DNA of 64,000 nucleotides from Spirochaetota bacterium (GCA_043803405.1 JAZDKB010000019.1:64001-128000); one strand, 5' to 3'. Shown: positions 47,973-59,043, numbered from the stretch's first letter. Program-made: numbers and translations. Notes: a model not told the origin generated them from the letters alone.

Positions 47973-48749
47973 ATGAAACCCGGAAAGAACAGCCTGTTCG
48001 TCCATATCCTTGAAGAGATCGGCGGGCATTTGATTTTTTTAAAGGATACGCTTAAATGGACATTCCGGCCTCCCTTTGATTACAAAAATATCCTGGTTCA
48101 GATGCTGGAAATCGGTTACAGGTCGATTCCCGTTACGAGTATAACTCTTTTCTTTACCGGTATGGTTATGGCTCTTCAAATAGGAAAAGCAATGGATAAG
48201 CTTATGTCCGGGTCTTCGGTTTTTATTGGAAGCGCAGTTTCTATTTCCATGCTAAGGGAGCTTTGCCCGGTACTGACTGCTTTGCTTCTTGCCGGAAGGA
48301 TCGGCTCCGCCATTGCAGCCGAGATAGGCACTATGCGTGTAACCGAACAGATAGATGCGCTCATTACTCTCAGGGCCAATCCGGTGCAGTATCTTTCAGT
48401 ACCCCGTTTCCTGGCGTGCTTTATTATGACACCTGCATTGACAGTATTGACCGATATTGTAGGAATACTGGGTGGTGCTTTTGTGGCTCTGGCTTTGCTC
48501 GGTATTACTGTTGACAAATATTTTGAGAATATTTTTAATTATCTTTCTTTAACTGATTTTCTTTCAGGATTAATAAAGACATTTTTCTTTGGCATTGAGA
48601 TTGCTATAATATCCTGTTATCAGGGATTCAGAACAACCGGAGGCGCCGAGGGAGTAGGAAAATCCGCAATTCAGGCGGTCGTCAGGTCATCTATGGTAAT
48701 TCTGGTATCGGATTATTTCTTTACATATTTACTGCAATTTATTGAATGA
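47973..48749 (+). CDS. mlaE: MlaE-family ABC permease
   Basis: RELCPVLTALLLAGRIGSAIAAEIGTMRVTEQIDAL, GGAEGVG. Confidence 0.92.
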   Translation: MKPGKNSLFVHILEEIGGHLIFLKDTLKWTFRPPFDYKNILVQMLEIGYRSIPVTSITLFFTGMVMALQIGKAMDKLMSGSSVFIGSAVSISMLRELCPVLTALLLAGRIGSAIAAEIGTMRVTEQIDALITLRANPVQYLSVPRFLACFIMTPALTVLTDIVGILGGAFVALALLGITVDKYFENIFNYLSLTDFLSGLIKTFFFGIEIAIISCYQGFRTTGGAEGVGKSAIQAVVRSSMVILVSDYFFTYLLQFIE

Positions 48750-48813
48750 TGCATTTATCTGCCCAAAAGCACCTGTTACTATCCATTATTAATTTTAGAA
48801 ATATTTTATTATT

Positions 48814-49443
48814 ATGAGTAAAACAGAAAAAGAATTTTTTACATTATTAAAAAATGAAGGCATCAGAGAAAATGTAATTGAGGCTTTTAAATTATTTGAT
48901 CAAAAATATTTCTTTGATCAAATATTTACCGGTTATTTTTATTCTCATGAGTGTGTACCTATAGGCAAAGGAGAAAAATCCGATGCTTCTCCGGTGCTTG
49001 CTAAGATGATAAATAATTTACCTTCCGGCAAAGATTGCAGGATACTTGAAATAGGAACCGGGTCAGGTTATTCAACCGCCATTCTTTCAAGACTATTTAG
49101 TGAGATTGTAACCGTCGAATATTATGAAGATTTTGCAATATCGGCTAAAGAAAGACTCTCAAAATTAAAAATAAATAATGTAAAATATTTAACCGGTGAT
49201 GTAATGGACCTCGATGATATGCCGGTATTATTTGACGGTATTATTATTTTTGCCGCGTGTCCCAGCAGGCCGCTTTTTTTAATGCCTTATTTAAAAGAGA
49301 AAGGAGTAATTGTATTTCCAATGGGGCCTGTTTATCAGCAGCAAATAGCTGTGATGACGAATGAATCCGGCGGGAAAGGCAGTTTATATAAAATGGATTT
49401 TTACGACTTCTGCAATTTTACTCCTTTAAAGGGAATGTATTGA
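48814..49443 (+). CDS. pcm: Protein-L-isoaspartate O-methyltransferase-like protein
   Basis: ILEIGTGSGYSTAIL, FDGIIIFAA, GVIVFPMG; divergent N-terminus. Confidence 0.75.
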   Translation: MSKTEKEFFTLLKNEGIRENVIEAFKLFDQKYFFDQIFTGYFYSHECVPIGKGEKSDASPVLAKMINNLPSGKDCRILEIGTGSGYSTAILSRLFSEIVTVEYYEDFAISAKERLSKLKINNVKYLTGDVMDLDDMPVLFDGIIIFAACPSRPLFLMPYLKEKGVIVFPMGPVYQQQIAVMTNESGGKGSLYKMDFYDFCNFTPLKGMY

Positions 49444-49452
49444 AATAGACTC

Positions 49453-50175
49453 TTAGTTGATTTTTGAAATAAAATTAATCATTACAGTATTTTCTTTTAC
49501 CGGATTAAAAGAGTAATCGCTGAAGACATCAATAAGCTTATAATTTTCTGATTTTAAAATATTTTTTATTTCATCTATTGTGTATAATCTTTGAATATGC
49601 GTTTCAGTTTCTATAAGGCTTCCTTGTTTAAATGTTAAAATGGAATAAATAATTTTTTTTTCCGCATCATATTTATTTTCCCATTCAACTTCCATCCCAT
49701 TCACAGAGTAATCGGTTTTATTGTTAAAAAAATATTTTTTAATATTATATTCTGTGGTTATATCGAACATGAATATGCTGTCATTTGTCATTATTCTGCG
49801 GGCAGATCTGAAAACCCGGGCAAGTTCATCCGGTTCCAAAAAATAGTTCATTGTATCATGAACTGAAAATATAAAGTCGAATTTTTTCGATAGTGTAAAA
49901 TTAGTCATGTCTGAGCAAAATATATGGAATTTTTTATAAGCACGGTTTTTTGCAATCCGAAGCATTTCGATTGAATTATCCATACCGAATATTTCAAAAT
50001 TATCTCTGGAAAATTTTGCTCCAAATTTCCCTGTACCGCATCCGAGTTCAAGCAGCATTTTGGGATTGTCTATGTATCTGAACATTAAAGACCGTATATA
50101 TGAGTACCATCGTTCATAGTCGACATGTTTTAAAACGTAATCGTATACTGAAGAGAAGGTTGTATAAGGCTTCAC
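49453..50175 (-). CDS. Class I SAM-dependent methyltransferase
   Basis: LELGCGTG, DNSIEML, DTMNYF, FMFD. Confidence 0.9.
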   Translation of the reverse strand: MKPYTTFSSVYDYVLKHVDYERWYSYIRSLMFRYIDNPKMLLELGCGTGKFGAKFSRDNFEIFGMDNSIEMLRIAKNRAYKKFHIFCSDMTNFTLSKKFDFIFSVHDTMNYFLEPDELARVFRSARRIMTNDSIFMFDITTEYNIKKYFFNNKTDYSVNGMEVEWENKYDAEKKIIYSILTFKQGSLIETETHIQRLYTIDEIKNILKSENYKLIDVFSDYSFNPVKENTVMINFISKIN

Positions 50176-50186
50176 AGGATATGTCT

Positions 50187-53100
50187 TTATTTTTTTTCGT
50201 CTTTTTTGGATTTGTTTGGTCCGGCTTTATCTTCTTCAATTCTTACTGTTTTAGCATTCTCAGTTACAGGAAGAGGCATGTCTTCTCCCTGCTCAACTTC
50301 CGTGCTGTTATTCTGCTCATTATCTATTGTTTCACCTTGTTTTTGATTTGTTTTTTCTTTTACTCTTTCAATGCTGGAAATAATATTTTTATCATTTGGA
50401 TCAAGAATTATTGCCTGACTATAGTAGTTAAGAGCGCCCGGTAAGTTATTCAGTTCTTCATGACATAATCCTATATGGTAAAATAAGGATGCTGTTTTTT
50501 CTTTAAGCTCCAAAGCTTTTTCAAAGTAAATAAGAGCTTCTCTGTGCCTTCCGCTTGAGAATAACAGGAATCCCATCTGATAGAATACTTTAGGATCATC
50601 CTTTTTTAAAATCATGGCATATTGTAGATATTCAAATGATGAGTCTATGTCCTGAAGTATTATGCTTAAAATTCCCAGGCGATAATTTGCTTCAAAATTA
50701 TTTTTATTGATAGTCAGGATTGCTTTATAAAGTTTCCTTGCATCCTCCCATTTTTTTTCTTTTTCAAATTTTTGCGCGGCGTTAAAGTAATAATTTTCTT
50801 TATAGGATAATATATCCCAGATGTACTTTCTTAAGTCTGCTTTATATTCTGATTGTCTTTTCAGATTAATGAGCTGTAATGCCTCATTTTCATATTCTTT
50901 ATTTGCTTCAAATAACTCCGCTTTTTTAACTTCAGGGAGAAAGTATCTGTTTTCCGACAGCTGGTTCTGCATGGAATAATAAAAATATATGTTCATATTT
51001 GTTTTGTCGACAAGGTTTAAAAAATTTGAATGATTGTCGTAAAATCCAGCAATCATGTTTTTATCCATAATGAATTTTTCCGAGTCGCGGGGAAAGGGAG
51101 ACAAATTTATGCCATCTTTGCTGGTATAAACTAGAAGATCATCTAATTCTGTAAATAAAATATGCGATAATAAATGGAATTCATTATAAAAAATATTTTT
51201 TAACTCATTTTTAGAATCAAAAACTTCTCTGAAATTATTAATGTTATTCTGACTTATCTCAAGAGTTTTTATATTGTTCGCAGACATAAATACAAAATAA
51301 TTCGGAAAGTAAAAACATATTGTTTTTTTAAAGGATTTTTTTAAACTATTGCTTGCACTTACGAGGAAACTTTTTCTGCAGTTTGAAGCAACGATTTGTA
51401 CGAATATTCCCTCCGCGGACAAATGATTGCTGATTATTTTATAATATTCATCAGAAAATCTGAATGCGTTTACAGCCTGATCAAATAAATTAGGAATGTC
51501 CGCAATGACTTTATAGGGAGATTTTACTTTATTTAAATGTGTAATAATTTCAGAATTTTCCAGAATATAGTTTTGATCACCAGCGATTGGAAGTCGTTTA
51601 AAATCGGTCATTCTGTCTGGCAGATAATCCAGACAGATTGCGTTTTTAAATAAAGAGATAATCGGGTTTTTAAAGAATTTCTGATTGCCGTCTATAAAGA
51701 GGACTTCGTTCCAGTTTTTACTGTTAATATAAAGTAATATTGGCGCAATTGATCTTTTCATGTTTCTTATTGAAGGATCTTCTGCACTGAATGACGGAAT
51801 GCCTGATGTATATACAGATACTTCATTATCAATATACTGTGAATTGTAATTGATATGATTCAGACCGTCGAATCCGGCAGCATAGCTTATAAAAAATTTA
51901 CTGTTTAGAGGGATGCCGAAATACAGATGCATAAGAATCAGGAGTGGTATTACAATTAATGATAAAATAAAAAACAGCAGTTTTTTATAAGCTTTAATAG
52001 AAGTTTGCATTAAATAAATGCCGGGAATAAATATATTCATCAAAGCAACAATATAAAGTAAAATAAAAAACCAGAAATATGTGAAGTTTATAAAATTAAG
52101 AGAGATTAAAATAGGCGCAGGCAGGATCAATATGGAAAAATCAATTATAGTGAATCTGTTTTGATGATTGTTGTTCAATAAAATATAATTAATTGTTCGG
52201 AAAAGAGAAAAGCCTAATATTACCGAGACAGGAATAAAAATAAAAACTGCAGCATAAAAAGTAATCCCGTTTTTAAAGGATATTAAACACAGCAATGTTA
52301 TTATAAAGAAAACCGGATAAAGCATTTCTGCGTAAATATACCAGAAAGCCTGTTTTATAATGCGCGCTAAAATTATCCCGAGCGCTATCGATAAAAAGGT
52401 AATGATTATAAAAATTATTTTAACATGAATAAAGTCTCCGAAGTATTTTACAATACTTGTAAATCCGAGAAATATATAAATAAGGATATACGTAAAATTC
52501 AGATAAATAAAGAAAAGGTCATCCCTTTTGTAATTATCTTTTATTTGAACCGGTATATTATTTTTTTCTTTCATTTCCTGAGCATATATAGGCGCAGGAT
52601 TATATGAAAGTTTTATTAAAAACGCAGTCGGAAGTATTGCAACCGGCAGTATTCCAGAAAAAAGGTGGGCATTGCTGTAAGTTAGAATCATTGATAACGC
52701 AAATCCAGCAGCTGTTCCTGAAAGCAGGAATAATAAAAAAGGCATTGCTGCTTTTTTATTATCGATAAAATCACCGCATGCAATTTTCAGAAAGTAGTTA
52801 ATTTTAATACCTGCAAAAACAGAAATGACAAATAAAGGCAGCGCCGCATAGAACCAGTTTTTACTGAATAGATACAAGAGAGGATTATAATTACCGGGTG
52901 TTATAAATTTGCTGTATGTGAATATAAGACACGAAACTATAAAAATAATTTCTGTGATGAGATAAATTTGTTTATAATTGTTAAATTTTTTAAATAGTAT
53001 TTTAGCTAACAGGTTTCCGCAAAAAATTCCTGCGCATGCTGAAATAAATATTATTTGCAATACAGGCTGGTAAAGAAAATAATAATTAAGTGTAATAGAG

Positions 53101-53207
53101 GAATATATATATATATAACCGAGTAATATAAAACTAATTAAAGAGTTAAAAAGAACAATTCTTCTCTGGGAAACATCGGAATAGCTGAATTCGCTTAATA
53201 AAGTCAT
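50187..53207 (-). CDS. Multi-TM protein with a degenerate spermidine-synthase/methyltransferase-like domain and C-terminal TPRs
   Basis: About 13 TM segments, FSDEYYKIISNHLSAEGIFVQ (resembles the SpeE-like FY...L..dG..vq motif) and four or more TPR repeats. Confidence 0.65.
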   Translation of the reverse strand: MTLLSEFSYSDVSQRRIVLFNSLISFILLGYIYIYSSITLNYYFLYQPVLQIIFISACAGIFCGNLLAKILFKKFNNYKQIYLITEIIFIVSCLIFTYSKFITPGNYNPLLYLFSKNWFYAALPLFVISVFAGIKINYFLKIACGDFIDNKKAAMPFLLFLLSGTAAGFALSMILTYSNAHLFSGILPVAILPTAFLIKLSYNPAPIYAQEMKEKNNIPVQIKDNYKRDDLFFIYLNFTYILIYIFLGFTSIVKYFGDFIHVKIIFIIITFLSIALGIILARIIKQAFWYIYAEMLYPVFFIITLLCLISFKNGITFYAAVFIFIPVSVILGFSLFRTINYILLNNNHQNRFTIIDFSILILPAPILISLNFINFTYFWFFILLYIVALMNIFIPGIYLMQTSIKAYKKLLFFILSLIVIPLLILMHLYFGIPLNSKFFISYAAGFDGLNHINYNSQYIDNEVSVYTSGIPSFSAEDPSIRNMKRSIAPILLYINSKNWNEVLFIDGNQKFFKNPIISLFKNAICLDYLPDRMTDFKRLPIAGDQNYILENSEIITHLNKVKSPYKVIADIPNLFDQAVNAFRFSDEYYKIISNHLSAEGIFVQIVASNCRKSFLVSASNSLKKSFKKTICFYFPNYFVFMSANNIKTLEISQNNINNFREVFDSKNELKNIFYNEFHLLSHILFTELDDLLVYTSKDGINLSPFPRDSEKFIMDKNMIAGFYDNHSNFLNLVDKTNMNIYFYYSMQNQLSENRYFLPEVKKAELFEANKEYENEALQLINLKRQSEYKADLRKYIWDILSYKENYYFNAAQKFEKEKKWEDARKLYKAILTINKNNFEANYRLGILSIILQDIDSSFEYLQYAMILKKDDPKVFYQMGFLLFSSGRHREALIYFEKALELKEKTASLFYHIGLCHEELNNLPGALNYYSQAIILDPNDKNIISSIERVKEKTNQKQGETIDNEQNNSTEVEQGEDMPLPVTENAKTVRIEEDKAGPNKSKKDEKK

Positions 53208-53573
53208 GTGTTAAAATCTCCGGCATTTGTAATTTACTTAAAATGCCTTACGCAGCAATAATTAAATAATTATTCGCTAGGTCTGTTTTAAAGTTATTGT
53301 CTCAATCTGCTTGGCGAGATTAATTTTATTGCTTCATATATTGAAGCTAATCCTGTTTGGATACGTTATAACTTTATTCTATTTTTAGAAAAAATCAAAT
53401 AAATTACAACCTTTTTTTATAATTTGAACAATACTCAATTTAATTTATTTTTAATAATTGTAAATGTTGACATAGTAACTTAATTAAGATAATGTTAAAG
53501 TTAGCAGAATATTCTTATAAGTATATCTGTGAGTAATTCAATTATTAATAAAAAATAGAAAAGGGAATTTTTC

Positions 53574-54887
53574 ATGAAGACAATTATTAAAAATCTTGGC
53601 GATTGTAAAATAGATTCTCCACTCATCAATATGTTCCCTTCAGGGAAATCATTCTTTGTCCCGGATGAACAGCGTATCAGATATAACTGTTACATGAAAA
53701 ATATTTCAGATGAAAATAAACAAAATATAGTTAGTTTTGAAGCTGCAGGACCACGGGAAAAAATTTTTTTTGATCCGTCAAAAGTTTGCCCGGCAATTGT
53801 TACCTGCGGAGGATTAAGCCCGGGGCTTAATAATGTGATAAGATCAATTGTTATGGAATCTCATTACCGTTATGGAGTTAAGTCCATAACGGGTATACGC
53901 TATGGTTACAGCGGTCTTAATCCTAAGAATAACTTGAATCTGGTACAGCTTACACCTCAATTTGTCAGAGAAATCCATGTTAAAGGCGGAACCATTCTGG
54001 GATCCTCGCGTGGAGGTGTTGAAGATATGGAGCTTCTCGTGAAACGGTTAGAAGAACTTGGGATTAACCTTCTTTATACTATAGGCGGTGATGGAACAAT
54101 GAGAGGCGCGCATAAAATCGCTGAAATTATTCAAAAACGTGGAAGTAAAATTTCAATAATTGGTGTGCCAAAGACAATTGATAATGACATAAGCTATATA
54201 CAGAGGACTTTCGGTTTTGAAAGCGCCGTTTCCACTGCCGTTGACGCTATTTATTCCGCGCATGTTGAGGCAGATGGTGCACAAAACGGCATTGGGCTGG
54301 TTAAGCTGATGGGGAGGAATTCCGGATTTATCGCTGCAAACGCAACCCTTGCAATGAATGACGTGAATTTTTTGCTGGTTCCCGAAGTCCGGTTTGATCT
54401 TTACGGGCAAAACGGATTTCTTTCTCATCTTGAAGAAAGGCTTAGAAACCGCGGACATGCAGTTATTTGCGTGGCTGAGGGAGCCGGGCAGGAATTGCTT
54501 GAGGATAGTTCCAGCAAAATGTATGACGCGTCCGGCAACCCCGTGCTCGAAGATATCGGCAATTATCTTAAAACGAAAATTAATGATTATTTTAAAAATA
54601 AAAACATAAAGATTAATTTAAAATATATTGATCCAAGCTATATGATAAGAAGTACGCCTGCAAATTCAAATGATTCAATTTTTTGCGCAATGCTTGGCCA
54701 GTTTGCGGTTCATGCAGGCATGGCCGGAAAAACGGATATGATTATAGGGATATGGAATAATATATATACGCATGTACCGATTGAACTGGTTATTTCCGAG
54801 CGTAAACAAATTGATCCGAATTCCAGATTCTGGTTCAATGTCATGGCTGCAACCGGACAGCCAATAAATATGCTGAATCCCTTGTAA
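53574..54887 (+). CDS. pfkA: ATP-dependent 6-phosphofructokinase (group X / spirochaete-plant type)
   Basis: VTCGGLSPGLN, GGTILGSSRG, IGGDGT, PKTIDND, KLMGR, YIDPSYMIRS. Promoter-like TTGACA-17-TAATGT at 53467-53495. Confidence 0.93.
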   Translation: MKTIIKNLGDCKIDSPLINMFPSGKSFFVPDEQRIRYNCYMKNISDENKQNIVSFEAAGPREKIFFDPSKVCPAIVTCGGLSPGLNNVIRSIVMESHYRYGVKSITGIRYGYSGLNPKNNLNLVQLTPQFVREIHVKGGTILGSSRGGVEDMELLVKRLEELGINLLYTIGGDGTMRGAHKIAEIIQKRGSKISIIGVPKTIDNDISYIQRTFGFESAVSTAVDAIYSAHVEADGAQNGIGLVKLMGRNSGFIAANATLAMNDVNFLLVPEVRFDLYGQNGFLSHLEERLRNRGHAVICVAEGAGQELLEDSSSKMYDASGNPVLEDIGNYLKTKINDYFKNKNIKINLKYIDPSYMIRSTPANSNDSIFCAMLGQFAVHAGMAGKTDMIIGIWNNIYTHVPIELVISERKQIDPNSRFWFNVMAATGQPINMLNPL

Positions 54888-55012
54888 GGAATAATAAACA
54901 GGATATATTTTTTTTTACCTGGATTTGAATCTTAATGTATTAGTTTATTCGATTTACCGGATATTTTTACAGGATCAGAATTATGTGTCAGCTGTGAATT
55001 AACCTGGGAAGT

Positions 55013-56872
55013 TTAATTAGGAAGTAAATTAGCTGGTACTCTGAAATAATTGTTTTCGTTTTCTTCGGGGACATCGCTCTCGAAGGTGAAATTTTTCTCG
55101 TGAAATAGCCTGATACATGCATCTACAACCCTTGAATCGTAATGGGTATCTTTTTTTGAGGATATTTCCTCAAGAGCTTTTCTTATTCCGAGAGCCGGAC
55201 GATATGGCCTGTGTGATGAAATAGATTCAACAACGTCGGCTACCGCAAGTATTCTGCCTGCAGGTGATATTTTATATCCTTTAAGTCCACGCGGATAACC
55301 TGAGCCGTCAAGCCTTTCATGATGCTGATATACAATTTCGGCTATTTCCCATGGGAATTCTATTTTCTTTAAAATTTCATAAGCAATAACAGGATGCATT
55401 TTTACCAGGTCCAGTTCAATATTGGATAATTGACCCGGTTTACTTAATATCTCTGCCGGAATATTAACTTTCCCAAGATCGTGCAGCGTGCCTGCCATGC
55501 GGATAGCGTCAATATCATCCTTGGACAGATTGAGCTCGCAGGCGATTGCCCTGGCCAGGTTTGATACTCTCTGCTGATGCCCTACAGTATATGGGTCGCG
55601 GACTTCTACGGTAGAGACTATAGCATTTGAGATAGTGCCCATTGATTGGCGTACTTTTTCAAGATGGTTTGCCACGTATTCGTTATGTTGGTTTATTTCG
55701 TCAACACTTTTGTATATTTGATACGCCCCGATGTTTTTATTAAAATATTCTATAGGAAAATCATTTATTATAACATTTACGATGGATCCATCCTTGCATT
55801 TTCTGAACGATTCTTTTTCCAAGAAAAAGGAATCATTGTATTCATTCTGAGTATCAATCGGTAATATTAAATCATTAATAAAATTATTTTTTAGTTCTCT
55901 CTGCGAATACTTAAAAAGCTTTTCGAATTTTTTATTCGCATTGATAATTTTCGCGTTGTTGTCAAGAATAACTGCCGCATTGCGTAAGTTGTTAAACAGC
56001 TCTTTAAAATATATTTTCTGTGCTTTTAATACTTCTTCGTTTTTAATAAAATCGCTTATATCTCTTGCAATACCGTAAGTGCCTAAAAATAGTTTTTCTT
56101 TTTTTTCAGCTTGTTTATCGTAAACACCTTTGGCTTTTACTTCAACAGTTATGTATTCATCTGAATTCCCGGACGGGTTGGCATTGGCAGCTGAGTTCTT
56201 TTTTAATCTTAATCTGGTTACGTTTGGATCGCGGTTTTCAGTTCTTCTTTCATTAAATATATGCAATGCTTTGGTGATATCTTCAGGGTAAATAATTATT
56301 GAGAAGTGTTTTCTGAGTAAAAAATTATTATCATAGCCAAGCTTCTTCAGAAAAGAATCACTTATTGAAGTAAATTTGCCTTCATAATCCAGAGTATAAA
56401 TAATATCATCGCTATTTTGAAAAAAATACTGATTTCTATTTTCAGTTATTTGCATTAAATTATCGATGTTCTCAATTTCTTTTTCCAGTTTTCTTTGATT
56501 CAGCGCGTTTTCAATTCTTTTAAAAATTTCTTCTTTCCCGAACGGTTTTTTTAAATAATCATAAGCGCCGTTTTTTAAACACTCAGCAGCTTTGTCGCTT
56601 AGTTCCTCTCCTATTATAACAATTATAAGAGTCTTCGGAGCAATTTTTTTAACATAATTAATAACCTGTATAACATTCATGTCCGGAAGAACGGCATCAA
56701 GAAGCATTAAATCAAATTCATTCTCTCTTAGTTCCTTAAATGCTTCGCTTCCGCAATTTGTTAAATCAACTTTATAATTTAAATTATTTAAAAGAATTTC
56801 TAGCACATTGCTGATGCCCGGATCAATCGTTGCGATAAGGATGTTTGATAGATAATCAAATTCTTTTACCAT
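55013..56872 (-). CDS. REC-PAS-PAS-HD-GYP c-di-GMP phosphodiesterase
   Basis: RDPYTVGHQQRV, HDLGK, HHERLDGSGYP, VADVVE, RPYR. Confidence 0.92.
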   Translation of the reverse strand: MVKEFDYLSNILIATIDPGISNVLEILLNNLNYKVDLTNCGSEAFKELRENEFDLMLLDAVLPDMNVIQVINYVKKIAPKTLIIVIIGEELSDKAAECLKNGAYDYLKKPFGKEEIFKRIENALNQRKLEKEIENIDNLMQITENRNQYFFQNSDDIIYTLDYEGKFTSISDSFLKKLGYDNNFLLRKHFSIIIYPEDITKALHIFNERRTENRDPNVTRLRLKKNSAANANPSGNSDEYITVEVKAKGVYDKQAEKKEKLFLGTYGIARDISDFIKNEEVLKAQKIYFKELFNNLRNAAVILDNNAKIINANKKFEKLFKYSQRELKNNFINDLILPIDTQNEYNDSFFLEKESFRKCKDGSIVNVIINDFPIEYFNKNIGAYQIYKSVDEINQHNEYVANHLEKVRQSMGTISNAIVSTVEVRDPYTVGHQQRVSNLARAIACELNLSKDDIDAIRMAGTLHDLGKVNIPAEILSKPGQLSNIELDLVKMHPVIAYEILKKIEFPWEIAEIVYQHHERLDGSGYPRGLKGYKISPAGRILAVADVVESISSHRPYRPALGIRKALEEISSKKDTHYDSRVVDACIRLFHEKNFTFESDVPEENENNYFRVPANLLPN

Positions 56873-56904
56873 TGTATTTTTTTCTCTGAATTATTATGCC
56901 ATGA

Positions 56905-58752
56905 CTAACGTATTAAATTTACAGTTTCATGAGTTTTTTTAATATCATCCGTGAAAGTAAACCTGTTCTCCTTAAAAAGCCTTACGCAGGCATCAACTAC
57001 TGAAGGTTCGTAATAGACGCCCTTTTTTATATTTATTTCATCCAGCGCTTTATCGATACCTAGGGCAGGCCGATAGGGACGATGTGAAGCTATGGATTCA
57101 ACTACGTCCGCAACAGTCAGTATTTTGCCGGAAAGAAGTATCTCATGGCCTTTTAGCCCCTGCGGATAACCTGACCCGTCCAGTCTTTCATGATGCTGGT
57201 AAACCATATTGGCTATAGGCCATGGGAAATCGATTTCTTTTAAAATATCGAATGCTACGCGGGGGTGCATCTTAATTAGACTGAACTCAATGTCGGATAA
57301 ACGGCCGGGCTTACTAAGTATTTCAGCCGGGATATTTATCTTGCCGAGATCGTGAAGAGTCCCGGCCATTCTGATGCCGTCGATTTCGTCTACCGGAAGA
57401 TCCATTTCCTGGGCTATAGCTCTTGCCAGATCGGCAACACGCTGCTGGTGACCTGCAGTATAGGGATCGCGCACTTCCACAGTGGATACCATTGCATTGA
57501 TGATCCCACCCATTGCCTTTCTGAGTTTTGTAAGCGTTTTCTCTATTTCCAGTTCCGAATTTTTTATCTGCGCAATGTCCTGATATATGTGACATACTGC
57601 TATAGTTTTATTATTATAACTTACAGGGTAAGCAAAAATTGAAACATTGACCTGGGTGCCGTCTTTCCGCAGTCTTATTGATTCAAATTCAACTGAACCA
57701 TTTGCGACAGCGGAAGATGATACCGATTCTGATTCTTCAATTAAATTTTTTGGAACAATCATATTATGAATTCGTTTGCTTTTTAATTCCGCTCTGGAAT
57801 AATTAAACAAATTTTCAAAACTTTTATTCACGTCTATGATCTGATCCTGGCTGTCCAGAATTACGATGGCTTCAGGGGAATTGTTGAATAATTGACGGAA
57901 GCAGACCCTTTGTAATTTAAGTGTTTCTTCCGTTTGAACCTGGCTGCTTACATCCCTTGCAATACCATGAGTGCCAAGATATACCTTTTCTTTTGAGTTA
58001 TTATCATAAACTCCGCAAGCTCTGAGTTCAACAATTGCTATGGATTTTGAATCATTTACGACTGACTCATTTTCATATTTTTTTAAACGTAATTTAATTG
58101 TCTTGGGATCTCTGTTCTCGGTCCTTCTCTCGTTAAATACATGGTCGGCTTTAATGATATCGTCATGATAAATAATTTTTGAATAATGTTTTCCTATAAG
58201 CTGTTCTTTGCCACATCCCATGATTTGTTTTGCAGATTCATTAATATATGTAAAGTTTCCATCTTTATCCAGCGCATAAATGAAATCAGGAGAGTTCTGA
58301 ACCATATGCTCGTACCGCTTTTCCAGAGCAGTAAGTTTTTCATGAGATATATTTAATTCATTTTTTAATTGAATCTGGCTTAAGGCATTTTTTATCCTGC
58401 GGGTTATTTCTTCTTTTTCAAAAGGTTTTTTTAGAAAATCATGTGCACCGTTATTCAAACACTCCGTAATATAGTCATTGGCGGCATAACCGGCTAAAAT
58501 AATAATTAAAGTCTCGGGAGAAATTTCCTTTATATAATTTATAAGCTGAAGAACATTCATCCCCGGTAGTGTAATATCAAATAGGAGTACTTCAAAATAC
58601 TTTTCCTTTAATTTTTCAATGGCTCCTTTACCGCTGTTTGTTAATTGTATTTTATAATTAAGATTTTTTAACAGCACTTCCAGGACATTGGATATTTCAG
58701 GGTCAATAGTAACAATCAGAATGTTAGGATTGTACATCCGTTTCTCGGCCAT
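56905..58752 (-). CDS. REC-PAS-PAS-HD-GYP c-di-GMP phosphodiesterase, paralogue of the previous gene
   Basis: Same motifs as the previous gene. Likely ATG at 58752 after GGAG. Confidence 0.92.
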   Translation of the reverse strand: MAEKRMYNPNILIVTIDPEISNVLEVLLKNLNYKIQLTNSGKGAIEKLKEKYFEVLLFDITLPGMNVLQLINYIKEISPETLIIILAGYAANDYITECLNNGAHDFLKKPFEKEEITRRIKNALSQIQLKNELNISHEKLTALEKRYEHMVQNSPDFIYALDKDGNFTYINESAKQIMGCGKEQLIGKHYSKIIYHDDIIKADHVFNERRTENRDPKTIKLRLKKYENESVVNDSKSIAIVELRACGVYDNNSKEKVYLGTHGIARDVSSQVQTEETLKLQRVCFRQLFNNSPEAIVILDSQDQIIDVNKSFENLFNYSRAELKSKRIHNMIVPKNLIEESESVSSSAVANGSVEFESIRLRKDGTQVNVSIFAYPVSYNNKTIAVCHIYQDIAQIKNSELEIEKTLTKLRKAMGGIINAMVSTVEVRDPYTAGHQQRVADLARAIAQEMDLPVDEIDGIRMAGTLHDLGKINIPAEILSKPGRLSDIEFSLIKMHPRVAFDILKEIDFPWPIANMVYQHHERLDGSGYPQGLKGHEILLSGKILTVADVVESIASHRPYRPALGIDKALDEINIKKGVYYEPSVVDACVRLFKENRFTFTDDIKKTHETVNLIR

Positions 58753-59043
58753 GTAAAATAAATCTCCATTGCAAGGGATCAAAAACAAATCCGTTTGAGA
58801 GATGGACTATTGATAATATTGTAAAGTCCGTCTAAAGAGCCTGAATTAGTTAATAAAAAAATAATTTTGGCAGATTACAATTATTGTTGAGTTATAATTC
58901 TGCTTATTTATCTTATCGAACAAATCATAAATTTTATAAATATATAATTATATGTTCGCAGACTTTTATTTTTAATATAGTTTCTTCTAATATTCTTTTA
59001 AAAATTGCCAGCCAAACCAGTTATAAAAAATAAAAAGTTTTCC

